DNA from: a phage
Assembly: GCA_037431425.1 (NCBI GenBank)
Contig: GCA_037431425.1_4129.1
Strand: one strand, 5' to 3'
Length of the DNA stretch: 64,000 bases
Notes under the pieces: model-generated
The model's database searches: none
What the model saw: only the letters and a program-made list of their open reading frames with translations
What the model was told of the DNA's origin: nothing
Made by a program: the position numbers and the translations under genes
Shown: positions 49,602 through 58,333 of the stretch, piece after piece
Position numbering within the stretch: the first letter of the stretch is position 1
Layout: the number at the start of each line of letters is the position of its first letter

Positions 49602-49952
49602 ATGCTAATATATTTAAGTGTACTTGTTGTTTCGTTACTGTTATCACTGGTTATTTTAAAAATTATTGCTATTGTTCGAAGTAAGATTGATTGTTCTGAA
49701 ACTGGTTCAGTTATTGACTTGGTTCTTGATTATCCAAAGCGTTGTGGTGTTATTGTATTAATTGTTCTCCTTATGAATACATACATCGTCAGAGAACATT
49801 TATATAATATGTATGATTGTAGTGTTCGTTCATTTTCACAAGGTGTGGACACTGACTATAGTTGGTATTATAAGAAATGTCGATTTAAAAACCAACACGG
49901 TATTTGGGTTGATTTTGATAAATTACGTGGAACCCCTACTGGAGAAGAATAA
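49602..49952 (+). CDS. Small membrane protein
   Basis: Two hydrophobic segments near N-terminus. Confidence 0.45.
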   Translation: MLIYLSVLVVSLLLSLVILKIIAIVRSKIDCSETGSVIDLVLDYPKRCGVIVLIVLLMNTYIVREHLYNMYDCSVRSFSQGVDTDYSWYYKKCRFKNQHGIWVDFDKLRGTPTGEE

Positions 49953-49954
49953 TT

Positions 49955-50446
49955 ATGTTTGTCTTCCCTGAAGAGCCATTTAATTTCATTGATCCTACGG
50001 ATGATGGGTATAGACATATTAACATTTATAGTAAAGCCAGAACTAAGCTAGGTAGAGATCTATCTAATTTTTCGTCATATAGCTTCACACTGGAACCATA
50101 TGGGTGGTTTCCATCAGTTGAAACGTTTTACTTTTGGTTTTTAACTGGTCAAAAACACGACGACCTTAGAAAAGTATCTGGTGCAACAGCAAAGGCTGCT
50201 GCTAACAAATATATGCATGATAGAATTATAATGACTGATGATTGTATCTCTATTATTCAAGATGCAATATGTGCTAAGATAATTCAAAACCCAGAGTTAT
50301 CTGAAAGATTAAGAAAAAGCAAATTACCATTCTACCATTACTATGTTTATGGTGGGAAGGTTGTTGATGTATCTGATGAGCATGACTGGTTTGTTAAAAC
50401 ATTCGAAGATATAAGAATTGTTTTAAAGGAGAATCACAATGACTAA
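49955..50446 (+). CDS. NADAR/YbiA-like domain protein
   Basis: INIYSK...LSNFSSYSF...FPSVETFYFW and AICAKIIQNPELSERL parallel YbiA-family blocks. Confidence 0.55.
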   Translation: MFVFPEEPFNFIDPTDDGYRHINIYSKARTKLGRDLSNFSSYSFTLEPYGWFPSVETFYFWFLTGQKHDDLRKVSGATAKAAANKYMHDRIIMTDDCISIIQDAICAKIIQNPELSERLRKSKLPFYHYYVYGGKVVDVSDEHDWFVKTFEDIRIVLKENHND

Positions 50447-50717
50447 ATGTTGGGTATGTTGTAAGCATTTCGATGAAGAATATGATATTTCTTTGGATGT
50501 ATTCCATCAGCAATACATGATATCTTCGGGAAAATATAAACTAGATACCTTCCCAACTCCTAAGTATATGGGGATTTGTCCATTGTGTAATGGGAATGGT
50601 GTATTAGATATTGTTATTGAATTCACAAACACACAAACTACTGATTGTGTTGCTGCGTATATAAGAGATAATCTTGATTTTTTCACTAGGAGATTATATG
50701 AACGAGAAAATATTTAA
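50439..50717 (+). CDS. Small zinc-ribbon protein
   Basis: CWVCC...CPLCNGNG paired cysteine motifs. Confidence 0.45.
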   Translation: MTKCWVCCKHFDEEYDISLDVFHQQYMISSGKYKLDTFPTPKYMGICPLCNGNGVLDIVIEFTNTQTTDCVAAYIRDNLDFFTRRLYERENI

Positions 50718-50934
50718 TTCATATAATATGGAAGATTTACTAATACCATCCGAGAACAGTACTGTTAAGATGCAAATGTATTGGTTAGTAAAAGATGGTA
50801 AAGTATTTCAACACAAAGTTACAAAAGTATGGCAATGTAACAAAAACAAGTCAATAGTTGATGCACTAGCAACTGCATTTCCTGGTGTGGAGGTTGTATT
50901 TTTACCAGTTGCTTATATTAAGGAAATAAAATGA
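50698..50934 (+). CDS. Small hypothetical protein
   Basis: ATG 50698 with AGGAGA RBS. Confidence 0.45.
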   Translation: MNEKIFNSYNMEDLLIPSENSTVKMQMYWLVKDGKVFQHKVTKVWQCNKNKSIVDALATAFPGVEVVFLPVAYIKEIK

Positions 50935-51098
50935 GAAAAGCATGGACAATATTCGTAATACCTATTATAATGTTGTTATTGGTAATCACGGTTCCACAAG
51001 TATACGTTGTTGCTTTGAATGTGGTGGAAATTATTCTTCTTGCAATTCACTGCCTTGTGTGTTATTACTACGTAAAATGGGATGATAAAAAAATATGA
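50931..51098 (+). CDS. Small hydrophobic protein (55 aa)
   Basis: Untracked ORF, ATGA overlaps at both ends; strongly hydrophobic. Confidence 0.35.
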   Translation: MRKAWTIFVIPIIMLLLVITVPQVYVVALNVVEIILLAIHCLVCYYYVKWDDKKI

Positions 51099-51517
51099 AG
51101 TACTATCGAATTCGAGTTGGAGTAAGCTCTGGTTTTAGTAATTGGGTATATTATGATTTACCTGATAGCTATACCGTAGAAGATGTAATTAACTTATATT
51201 ATGAAGAAGAGACATGGGTACTCAGTACTGAAACACATAGTGTAGTGTGTGAAGAACTATGTGCAGAAGATTACAAGCACTCTGTCCAAGCAATGAAGTA
51301 TTACAGTAACGATGTGAAGATGTTATCTGAAAACATTTTTCCGGTAAAAGAATGGGCAATTTTACTTGCAAATCCTAACAAACCTGTTAGAATTGGTTAT
51401 CCAAACAATCATATGGTTTATCGAATGAATAATAAACGTGAGCTAAGTTATCAGTATGAATACAGTGCTTCTAAGTTTGGAGTTCTACCACAATTTAAAA
51501 AGGCTTATCCAGTATGA
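51095..51517 (+). CDS. Hypothetical protein
   Basis: 140-aa ORF. Confidence 0.5.
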   Translation: MKYYRIRVGVSSGFSNWVYYDLPDSYTVEDVINLYYEEETWVLSTETHSVVCEELCAEDYKHSVQAMKYYSNDVKMLSENIFPVKEWAILLANPNKPVRIGYPNNHMVYRMNNKRELSYQYEYSASKFGVLPQFKKAYPV

Positions 51518-51849
51518 ACAATGACAACAAAGAATTTATAGTACGTTGTAGTTGTGGCGATAATACTGAACATTGTGTTCACATTGCACAATTTGACTTG
51601 ACTCAAGAAGATGGAGATGGTAAACTTGGTCAATGTTTGGTGAGTATGCGTTTGAATCCTTTCTTAAAATGGCACAAACGTGTATTGGTTGGATTGAAGT
51701 ATATTTTTGGTGTAAACGATTTTCAATATAAAGAAGCAATGATTGATGTTGACATTCTGAAAGAAGTTGTGTTACAATTAGAAGACACCCGACCCGATGA
51801 GGTAAAGAAAGAAGAAAGAGATAAACGTAGTGATGTGAAGGTTTTATGA
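51514..51849 (+). CDS. Hypothetical protein
   Basis: 111-aa ORF, ATGA overlap. Confidence 0.5.
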   Translation: MNNDNKEFIVRCSCGDNTEHCVHIAQFDLTQEDGDGKLGQCLVSMRLNPFLKWHKRVLVGLKYIFGVNDFQYKEAMIDVDILKEVVLQLEDTRPDEVKKEERDKRSDVKVL

Positions 51850-52040
51850 GTACTGAACTTTATGAAAAAAAGTACTGTACAAATTGCTCAACTGAGTATA
51901 CAATACAAGGTATGTTAATTTGCACAGTATGTAAGTCAAAAGAATCAGCTACATTCATAGTTGATGATAGATTTAGTGATTTAAAACAGTTAAAAGCAAA
52001 CCGCAATCTTCGTATTTTTAGCAATCTAAATAAGGAATAA
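51846..52040 (+). CDS. Small zinc-ribbon protein
   Basis: CTNCS...CTVCK motifs. Confidence 0.45.
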   Translation: MSTELYEKKYCTNCSTEYTIQGMLICTVCKSKESATFIVDDRFSDLKQLKANRNLRIFSNLNKE

Positions 52041-52046
52041 CATTTT

Positions 52047-52475
52047 ATGAATATCGAACAAATCATCAGTAATCATTCTTTCTTCGCTCCAGAAACTGGT
52101 CGTGTAATTGAGAATGTCAAAATCGAAGAACTTATGGTGAATGTTAAATATAAAGAGCCAAATGATGAGATTAGCAGCACTTTTTGTGCACTTCGTGCAC
52201 CATTCCGCAATGAAAAAGCAAAAAAACCAGCATATGTTCTTGCAATTGCTTTAGGGTGTGTTGTTAAACTTGCAGTTGATGAAAATATTATTAATATCAA
52301 AGTCGCCCCTACCAATGACGAAGAAAACATTGATTTGAACTTTGATGGTAATCTCGACGAAGATGTATTTTTTCAACAGTCACTTGTTTATGACTTCCGT
52401 ACCGTGACATATTCACATATTAACTTCGTCAATGAAATGGTTGATATTGTAGCCAAATATGAAGAATCTCTATAA
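52047..52475 (+). CDS. FQxS-motif paralogue family member
   Basis: C-terminal DEDVFFQQSLVYDF. Confidence 0.55.
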   Translation: MNIEQIISNHSFFAPETGRVIENVKIEELMVNVKYKEPNDEISSTFCALRAPFRNEKAKKPAYVLAIALGCVVKLAVDENIINIKVAPTNDEENIDLNFDGNLDEDVFFQQSLVYDFRTVTYSHINFVNEMVDIVAKYEESL

Positions 52476-52486
52476 TTAAATCATAA

Positions 52487-52509
52487 AAGCCTCCATGTTG
52501 GAGGCTTTT
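52487..52509 (+). terminator. Rho-independent terminator
   Basis: aagcctcca / tggaggctt stem, tgt loop, T tract. Confidence 0.7.
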
Positions 52510-52532
52510 CTCACATAAGGAAATGAAGAAAT

Positions 52533-53084
52533 ATGATTGAACAAATTAATATTCTCACACAACAAATTACCGACTTTCTTTCAGATAAAGAAGGTTTCAA
52601 AACTGAAGTGAAAATGCACGGAGTTAGTCTTGATGTAATTTCACCAGATGGAAATGTTACAAATTATGATATGTACGAATTGTTTCTTTACACTTTAGCA
52701 GTACGTAAACTAGGAAGTGACATTGAACTAAACATTAACACTGATAGTGATGGAAATAAAATTTTTGCAATCAATACAAGTGCTAAGTATGATGTTAGTG
52801 CAGAAATTAAAAAAATTAACGATAGCTTTGTTGGTTTCACCCATGATTCAATTCAAGGTGTTTTTGTAGGTAAACAAACTTCATCAAGTCAATGCCCATT
52901 TTGTATTATGACTTTATATAAAAATGGTGATTGGATGCGACAAGACTTGGTATATGCTGAAATGTTGTATGCATTTACACATGGTCTAGAAATTGAATTA
53001 GATGATAGTGCTTTTTGCTTTAAGAAAATCCGAAAACTCACAAATGATATTCAAAAGCAACTTAAAGAATTAAATGATAAATAA
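52533..53084 (+). CDS. Hypothetical protein
   Basis: 183-aa ORF; N-terminus (MIEQINILTQQI) resembles family N-termini but the C-terminal motif is not evident. Confidence 0.5.
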   Translation: MIEQINILTQQITDFLSDKEGFKTEVKMHGVSLDVISPDGNVTNYDMYELFLYTLAVRKLGSDIELNINTDSDGNKIFAINTSAKYDVSAEIKKINDSFVGFTHDSIQGVFVGKQTSSSQCPFCIMTLYKNGDWMRQDLVYAEMLYAFTHGLEIELDDSAFCFKKIRKLTNDIQKQLKELNDK

Positions 53085-53195
53085 ATGTACCAGAAGTGGT
53101 TAACATATCATGTTATTTTCCTCCCTTACATAATAATGATGCGTTATTAGATTTTCATTTTATTATTTCTTTTTTGTACAAAATCATATTAGTAC

Positions 53196-53218
53196 TGCCC
53201 CGTATATCGGGGCATTTT
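53196..53218 (+). terminator. Rho-independent terminator
   Basis: tgccccg / cggggca stem, then T4. Confidence 0.6.
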
Positions 53219-53241
53219 ATTATCTAAAATATGGTGATTTT

Positions 53242-53634
53242 ATGAAAAACATTGGCTCTTCTATACAAAAAGACCTTTCATTTTACCTTAATAAATTCAG
53301 AAGTATAAATGGTAATAAATTTAATAGTATCTATCAGTTCACACATAAAGAATATATTACTATTGATCCCTTTTCAAAAAAACTGATGTATGTTAATGAT
53401 AATAATTATAGTGTTAAATTATCATTCGATATTGTGTTAGATAAATTAACATTTACGGAATACACTACCAATAAAACTTCATTTTTACACAAGTATAATA
53501 GAAAGGTATATAATCATATTTCTAGTTATTTAAATGAAGATTATCACTTTCAACAATCTACAATAGAAAAAGTATTATTCAGTACTGAAGAATTAAAAGA
53601 ATTATATTATTGGTATGAGAAATTTACATCTTGA
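53242..53634 (+). CDS. FQxS-motif paralogue family member
   Basis: C-terminal NEDYHFQQSTIEKV. Confidence 0.55.
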   Translation: MKNIGSSIQKDLSFYLNKFRSINGNKFNSIYQFTHKEYITIDPFSKKLMYVNDNNYSVKLSFDIVLDKLTFTEYTTNKTSFLHKYNRKVYNHISSYLNEDYHFQQSTIEKVLFSTEELKELYYWYEKFTS

Positions 53635-53689
53635 CATTATGGTGGTTTCATCTTACAATACAAGATAATGATGCGTTGAGGACAAATTC

Positions 53690-54100
53690 ATGAGTATAGA
53701 TTTACACAATGAACTACAATATTTTTTTGATTTGGATATATCACGTTTGAACAGACATGTCAATCATATATCCAGAACTATATGGTGGTCTGATGAGGCT
53801 GATGAACCAAGGATTCAGATTTGTGATAATTTGTCAGTTTTAAGATTGTATGTTCTTGATACCGAAATGAATATTATGATAACATACGTACCACCCACAA
53901 ACAAACTTCTAATCAACACACTAAACCCAGATACAGTACTGAAAATTTTTGATTTGGATACGATACAGTCAAGCGAAACACTATTCCAACGTTCATTGGT
54001 TGATGATCTAGGGGGTATTTCTTTTGACGATATATTAAAATTGAAGAAGATGTATAATGAATTATTAGAGATTAAAAATACCGTTCTAATGGGGATTTAA
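53690..54100 (+). CDS. FQxS-motif paralogue family member
   Basis: C-terminal SSETLFQRSLVDDL. Confidence 0.55.
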   Translation: MSIDLHNELQYFFDLDISRLNRHVNHISRTIWWSDEADEPRIQICDNLSVLRLYVLDTEMNIMITYVPPTNKLLINTLNPDTVLKIFDLDTIQSSETLFQRSLVDDLGGISFDDILKLKKMYNELLEIKNTVLMGI

Positions 54101-54101
54101 T

Positions 54102-54506
54102 ATGGTAAGTTTATTAGATATTGATAATACTAGTCTGGTTCTGGTGAAAAAAGGATTAATTCCAAATTCTAACAAGATTGATTATGCTGTTATTGAAACA
54201 AATATTGGGAATATCTGGTACGACTCTGAAAGAGACATTGTGTTTAGCTGTGTAGATAGTGATCGTTCTGAGTGCTGTAGGGTTGGGCATGACGGACAAT
54301 TTATTTTCGAATTTCGTTTCTGGAAAGATTCCAGATTTCACCAGGAGCATGTTTCAATTACAAATGTAAATTGTAATGAAGAATCATTCTTCATGGAAAG
54401 TACTATTAATGATTTTGGCTCAGTTACTTTTGAGTACTATAAAAAAGTATATAACTTGTACAGAGAAGTAATTCGAATCATAAGAACCTCTGAGGGTCAA
54501 GATTAA
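54102..54506 (+). CDS. FQxS-motif paralogue family member (variant FFMES)
   Basis: C-terminal NEESFFMESTINDF. Confidence 0.5.
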   Translation: MVSLLDIDNTSLVLVKKGLIPNSNKIDYAVIETNIGNIWYDSERDIVFSCVDSDRSECCRVGHDGQFIFEFRFWKDSRFHQEHVSITNVNCNEESFFMESTINDFGSVTFEYYKKVYNLYREVIRIIRTSEGQD

Positions 54507-54507
54507 T

Positions 54508-54885
54508 ATGACTACTACCATATATAATATTTTAGGTAACTTGAATAAAAACATAGATAATGATTTTGTTATAGTTGAAAACACTAAAAATATAATTCAT
54601 CTACCATTGGGTACACCAGATAGGTTAATTTTTAACATATACGCTAACACACTGACATACATACACGATGGTATGGTTATCGTTGTGCTTGATATTAAAG
54701 AAAATACAATACGATATGCATATGACTTTAACGTTTATTGGTCAAGAACTCATTGTATTGATATTGAGGAAGATGAACTTTTTCAATTATCGTTAATTGA
54801 GAAAAATGTAATAGGAGTTACCGAGATTGGTATTGTTAAAAAAGCTTTGGAATATGCAAATAAAAAAATAAATGGCGAACTATGA
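54508..54885 (+). CDS. FQxS-motif paralogue family member
   Basis: C-terminal EEDELFQLSLIEKN. Confidence 0.55.
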   Translation: MTTTIYNILGNLNKNIDNDFVIVENTKNIIHLPLGTPDRLIFNIYANTLTYIHDGMVIVVLDIKENTIRYAYDFNVYWSRTHCIDIEEDELFQLSLIEKNVIGVTEIGIVKKALEYANKKINGEL

Positions 54886-55346
54886 TGAACATTGAGGAAA
54901 TAAAAAATCATTTTGAAATTGCATTGTCTTGTGATTTTGATAGTTGTTATGTTACTGAACCAGAAGATATAATTAGAATTTCCACATCGTTTTCAGAAGA
55001 ATACAATATACTCATTGAGAAATCATATGACAGAACCGAACTCTCATTTTACAATAAGGATTTACGAACAACATCATTTATATTATTATATAACACAACA
55101 TCGGATATAATAGAGATTATAACAAGTAAAACAGGTAAAACAAGTAAAGATGTACATTATGAGACTATACCAAATGTAAGTTATTGTTCAACAGAAGAAG
55201 GATACTTCCAGGAATCACTTATTAAAAATTTATCAGTTAGCTATTCTGATTTAAGCATTATAGTCAATTATGTGGAAAAGTTAAATGATTTCGTTCTATC
55301 GATGTTTGATATCACTGAGCAAAAACCAAAGGAAATCAAATGTTAA
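54882..55346 (+). CDS. FQxS-motif paralogue family member
   Basis: C-terminal TEEGYFQESLIKNL; ATGA overlap. Confidence 0.55.
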   Translation: MMNIEEIKNHFEIALSCDFDSCYVTEPEDIIRISTSFSEEYNILIEKSYDRTELSFYNKDLRTTSFILLYNTTSDIIEIITSKTGKTSKDVHYETIPNVSYCSTEEGYFQESLIKNLSVSYSDLSIIVNYVEKLNDFVLSMFDITEQKPKEIKC

Positions 55347-55795
55347 ATCCTGGACATTTTTTTCATTTACTGGACATTACACCTATACCCGATTTAATCA
55401 GCGAGACTAATCATTATCGTGATATTGGAATTGTATCAATGGAATATGATTCACCTGACTTTAAATGTTACGTAACATACGATCAGGTGGCTTATGAGTC
55501 AGAGCCTGCGATTAAAAAACCATCATATATTTTTGTGTTCATATATAATGATTATAGTGGTGATGTACTGAATGATGTTCATATTGACACATTTGAAATA
55601 TGTGGTAATATTATATCAGATGATTCAGCATCCACATTTGATTTGGAATTAAACAGTACTGAAGAGTCACTTTTTCAGTTGAGTACTATATGTGATACTA
55701 TATTAACTCTAGATGACATTGAGAAATTTAAAGAACAGCTTGACGCAGTTCGTGAGATGTTCTATAATCATTATCCAGAAGTAGAGTTCAATTAA
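55340..55795 (+). CDS. FQxS-motif paralogue family member
   Basis: C-terminal TEESLFQLSTICDT. Confidence 0.55.
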   Translation: MLNPGHFFHLLDITPIPDLISETNHYRDIGIVSMEYDSPDFKCYVTYDQVAYESEPAIKKPSYIFVFIYNDYSGDVLNDVHIDTFEICGNIISDDSASTFDLELNSTEESLFQLSTICDTILTLDDIEKFKEQLDAVREMFYNHYPEVEFN

Positions 55796-55809
55796 CTAAA
55801 GGTAATAAG

Positions 55810-56070
55810 ATGACTAAAGTAGTTCGTAAACGCCACATGATGAATATGGATGAATTTCGTACATTTGACAAATATCGTACTATGTTTCGTATGCTGTCAC
55901 AGGGTCGCCCAATCGTCATTGTAACAGAGAATTACATGTCACCTGAGATTATGTTTGGTAATTACGAAAAGGTCTTCATGTTGTACGTGAAGCGTGGATT
56001 GCTTACAATCAAGACATTAGCTGAAGCAACTGATGATGATATGGATGGAGATAATACCTTTACCATGTGA
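55810..56070 (+). CDS. Hypothetical protein
   Basis: 86-aa ORF. Confidence 0.45.
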   Translation: MTKVVRKRHMMNMDEFRTFDKYRTMFRMLSQGRPIVIVTENYMSPEIMFGNYEKVFMLYVKRGLLTIKTLAEATDDDMDGDNTFTM

Positions 56071-56148
56071 GGAAATATATGTCTGAAAAACCAAAAGAAC
56101 CTTTAGATCGTGATGATGATTTTTATGACGAACGATATGGAGATGATA

Positions 56149-56400
56149 ATGAGTGAACATAGTGCGGTGCTTAAAAAGATTTTAAAGGAAATTGATGGTG
56201 AGTTTAATGTCACAGAAGAAGAATATCAGCATTGGAAGAAAGATTTCGAACAACTAACCGAGTATGATAAAGTGTTCAATATGATTGGCGTAATTAGCCA
56301 GTACTTACTTGGTGGAGGACGTGCAAGTGCTTCAATTCTGGCATCTGCAATCATCTGTACATCACGATGGTGTGATGAAAAAAGTTTGGAAGATTTCTAA
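56149..56400 (+). CDS. Hypothetical protein
   Basis: ATG 56149 with GGAG upstream. Confidence 0.45.
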   Translation: MSEHSAVLKKILKEIDGEFNVTEEEYQHWKKDFEQLTEYDKVFNMIGVISQYLLGGGRASASILASAIICTSRWCDEKSLEDF

Positions 56401-56415
56401 ATAAGATGCTATAAT
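56386..56415 (+). promoter_or_regulatory. Sigma70-type promoter with extended -10 (TGcTATAAT)
   Basis: TATAAT 56410-56415 with TG 56407-56408; TTGGAA about 18 nt upstream. Confidence 0.5.
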
Positions 56416-56452
56416 ATATCAGAGTTCCTTAACAATATAAAAAGGATTTTAT

Positions 56453-58333
56453 ATGAAACCTATCCGAGTACTATCTCTTTTTAATGGGATGAGTGTAGGA
56501 TACATGGCATTAAAAGATGCTGGTATCCCTGTTGAAAAATATTATTCATCCGAAATTGACAAATTTGCTATAGCTGAATCCCAAGCTAACTTCCCCGATA
56601 TCATCCAATTGGGTGATGTAACTAGATGGAGAGAATGGGATATTGAATGGGATAAGATAGATCTACTGATGGGTGGTTTTCCATGCTTCCCAGCAGGAAC
56701 TATGATAATGACAAATAAAGGTCATAAAGATATAAAAGATATAAAAATTGGTGATATGGTTCTTACACACACTGGACAGTACCAAAAAGTATTGAGTACT
56801 GGTGTTAAAAAGGCTCCCACTCGTATTATTACAGGTCAAGGTCACCTTCCAATTGAATGTACCGATAATCATCCATTTTGGAGTAGGGAACGTCTAGCCA
56901 ATAAATGGAATAATCAACACCGAAGATATGATTCTGTGTTTTCTGAACCGCAATGGGTAAATGCTATAGATCTTACTAAACAAAGTTATATTTGTAATGT
57001 TAAAAATATTACACATAATACAGTAAGTGATAAAGATGAAAAATATTGGTATTTTGTTGGTCGTTTTATGGGTGATGGATGTGCTAGTGTATCTAATAAC
57101 AAATACAGTATTACTATTGTAGATTCATTAGATAAAGTTGATGAATTGAAAAAATGTTTTGATGATTTTGGATACAAATACACATTAGCTATTAAAGATA
57201 ATCATGTAAGATGTGATATATATAGCAAAAAGCTTTATGATGAATTAATATGTATTGGGCATAAATCACAAAACAAATGTTTACCACCTGAAATATTCAA
57301 TGAAACTATCAATAACAAAGAAGCATTTATTAAAGGATACATGGATGCAGATGGTTGTGAGGATAAACACAATAAAAAATACAAATTTACCACCACAAGT
57401 TATAAAATAGTTCTTGGTATGCAACAGTTAATCTTAGATACTTATCAACGTCATTGTACTATTAGTCAAACTGTTCCAAAAACAAAAAAATATATAAAAA
57501 ATAAGTTGGTTAATCAGCTTCCGTATTGGAATGTTCATTTTAGCTATAATAAAATTAAAAGAGATGATGTAATATATGATGAAATTTATATATGGAATCG
57601 TGGTGTAAAAAGTAATGTACCAACCGGAGAATGGAAAACCGTTTACAATATTGAAGTTGCAGTAGATAACACATATACAGCGAACAATATTGTAGTTCAT
57701 AACTGCCAAGCGTGGTCAGTTGCAGGTAAACAGGGTGGAATAAATGATCCTCGTGGTATGTTATTCCATACAATGGTTGATATTTACCAGCACATAAAAA
57801 GTCTCAATCCAGACTTGAAAGTACTGTTCGAGAATGTTAAAATGAAAGAAGATTTCAAGCAATACATTAATAGTGTTCTTGAGATGACACCAGTACTGAT
57901 AAATTCCCAGCATTATACGCCTCACTTCAGGCAGAGATATTACTGGTACAGTACTGATAAACTTTTTATACCACCTGCATTATCAAATGCACCTAAACTT
58001 CAAGATATTATTGAAGATGGTTGGTACACTGACAGAACCGCTTCGTACTGTATAGATGCTAACTATTTTAAGGGTGGGGATTGTAACCAGTACTTTAATA
58101 AATCAAGAAGACAAATTGTTTTCAAAGAACCTGATATCGATAGGGATTTCCTTCTTGAACATGGTAAGCGAAATGTGGACTATCGTCATTTAACAGTGCA
58201 AGAGTGTTGCATGTTGCAAGGAATTGATGTAAACTACTTCAAAGTTAGTAGTTCAACACAAGCATACAAAATGCTTGGGAATGGATGGACTATGCCAGTT
58301 ATATCACACTTACTACGAGATATATTCTTTTGA
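56453..58333 (+). CDS. DNA (cytosine-5)-methyltransferase interrupted by an intein
   Basis: Motif I LSLFNGMSVG; motif IV split as GGFP | intein | CQAWSVAGK; motif VI FENV; GNGWTMPV near C-terminus; host protein about 286 aa without the intein. Confidence 0.8.
   Translation: MKPIRVLSLFNGMSVGYMALKDAGIPVEKYYSSEIDKFAIAESQANFPDIIQLGDVTRWREWDIEWDKIDLLMGGFPCFPAGTMIMTNKGHKDIKDIKIGDMVLTHTGQYQKVLSTGVKKAPTRIITGQGHLPIECTDNHPFWSRERLANKWNNQHRRYDSVFSEPQWVNAIDLTKQSYICNVKNITHNTVSDKDEKYWYFVGRFMGDGCASVSNNKYSITIVDSLDKVDELKKCFDDFGYKYTLAIKDNHVRCDIYSKKLYDELICIGHKSQNKCLPPEIFNETINNKEAFIKGYMDADGCEDKHNKKYKFTTTSYKIVLGMQQLILDTYQRHCTISQTVPKTKKYIKNKLVNQLPYWNVHFSYNKIKRDDVIYDEIYIWNRGVKSNVPTGEWKTVYNIEVAVDNTYTANNIVVHNCQAWSVAGKQGGINDPRGMLFHTMVDIYQHIKSLNPDLKVLFENVKMKEDFKQYINSVLEMTPVLINSQHYTPHFRQRYYWYSTDKLFIPPALSNAPKLQDIIEDGWYTDRTASYCIDANYFKGGDCNQYFNKSRRQIVFKEPDIDRDFLLEHGKRNVDYRHLTVQECCMLQGIDVNYFKVSSSTQAYKMLGNGWTMPVISHLLRDIFF
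56684..57703 (+). mobile_element. Intein with LAGLIDADG homing endonuclease domain (340 aa)
   Basis: Starts CFPAGTMIMT (block A), ends VVHN followed by extein Cys; two LAGLIDADG-like motifs FVGRFMGDGC and IKGYMDADGC. Confidence 0.8.

Noticed and set aside
56663-57773. Several minus-strand ORFs inside the intein region
   Set aside because: AT-rich intein sequence produces chance antisense ORFs; none has an RBS or recognisable motif.
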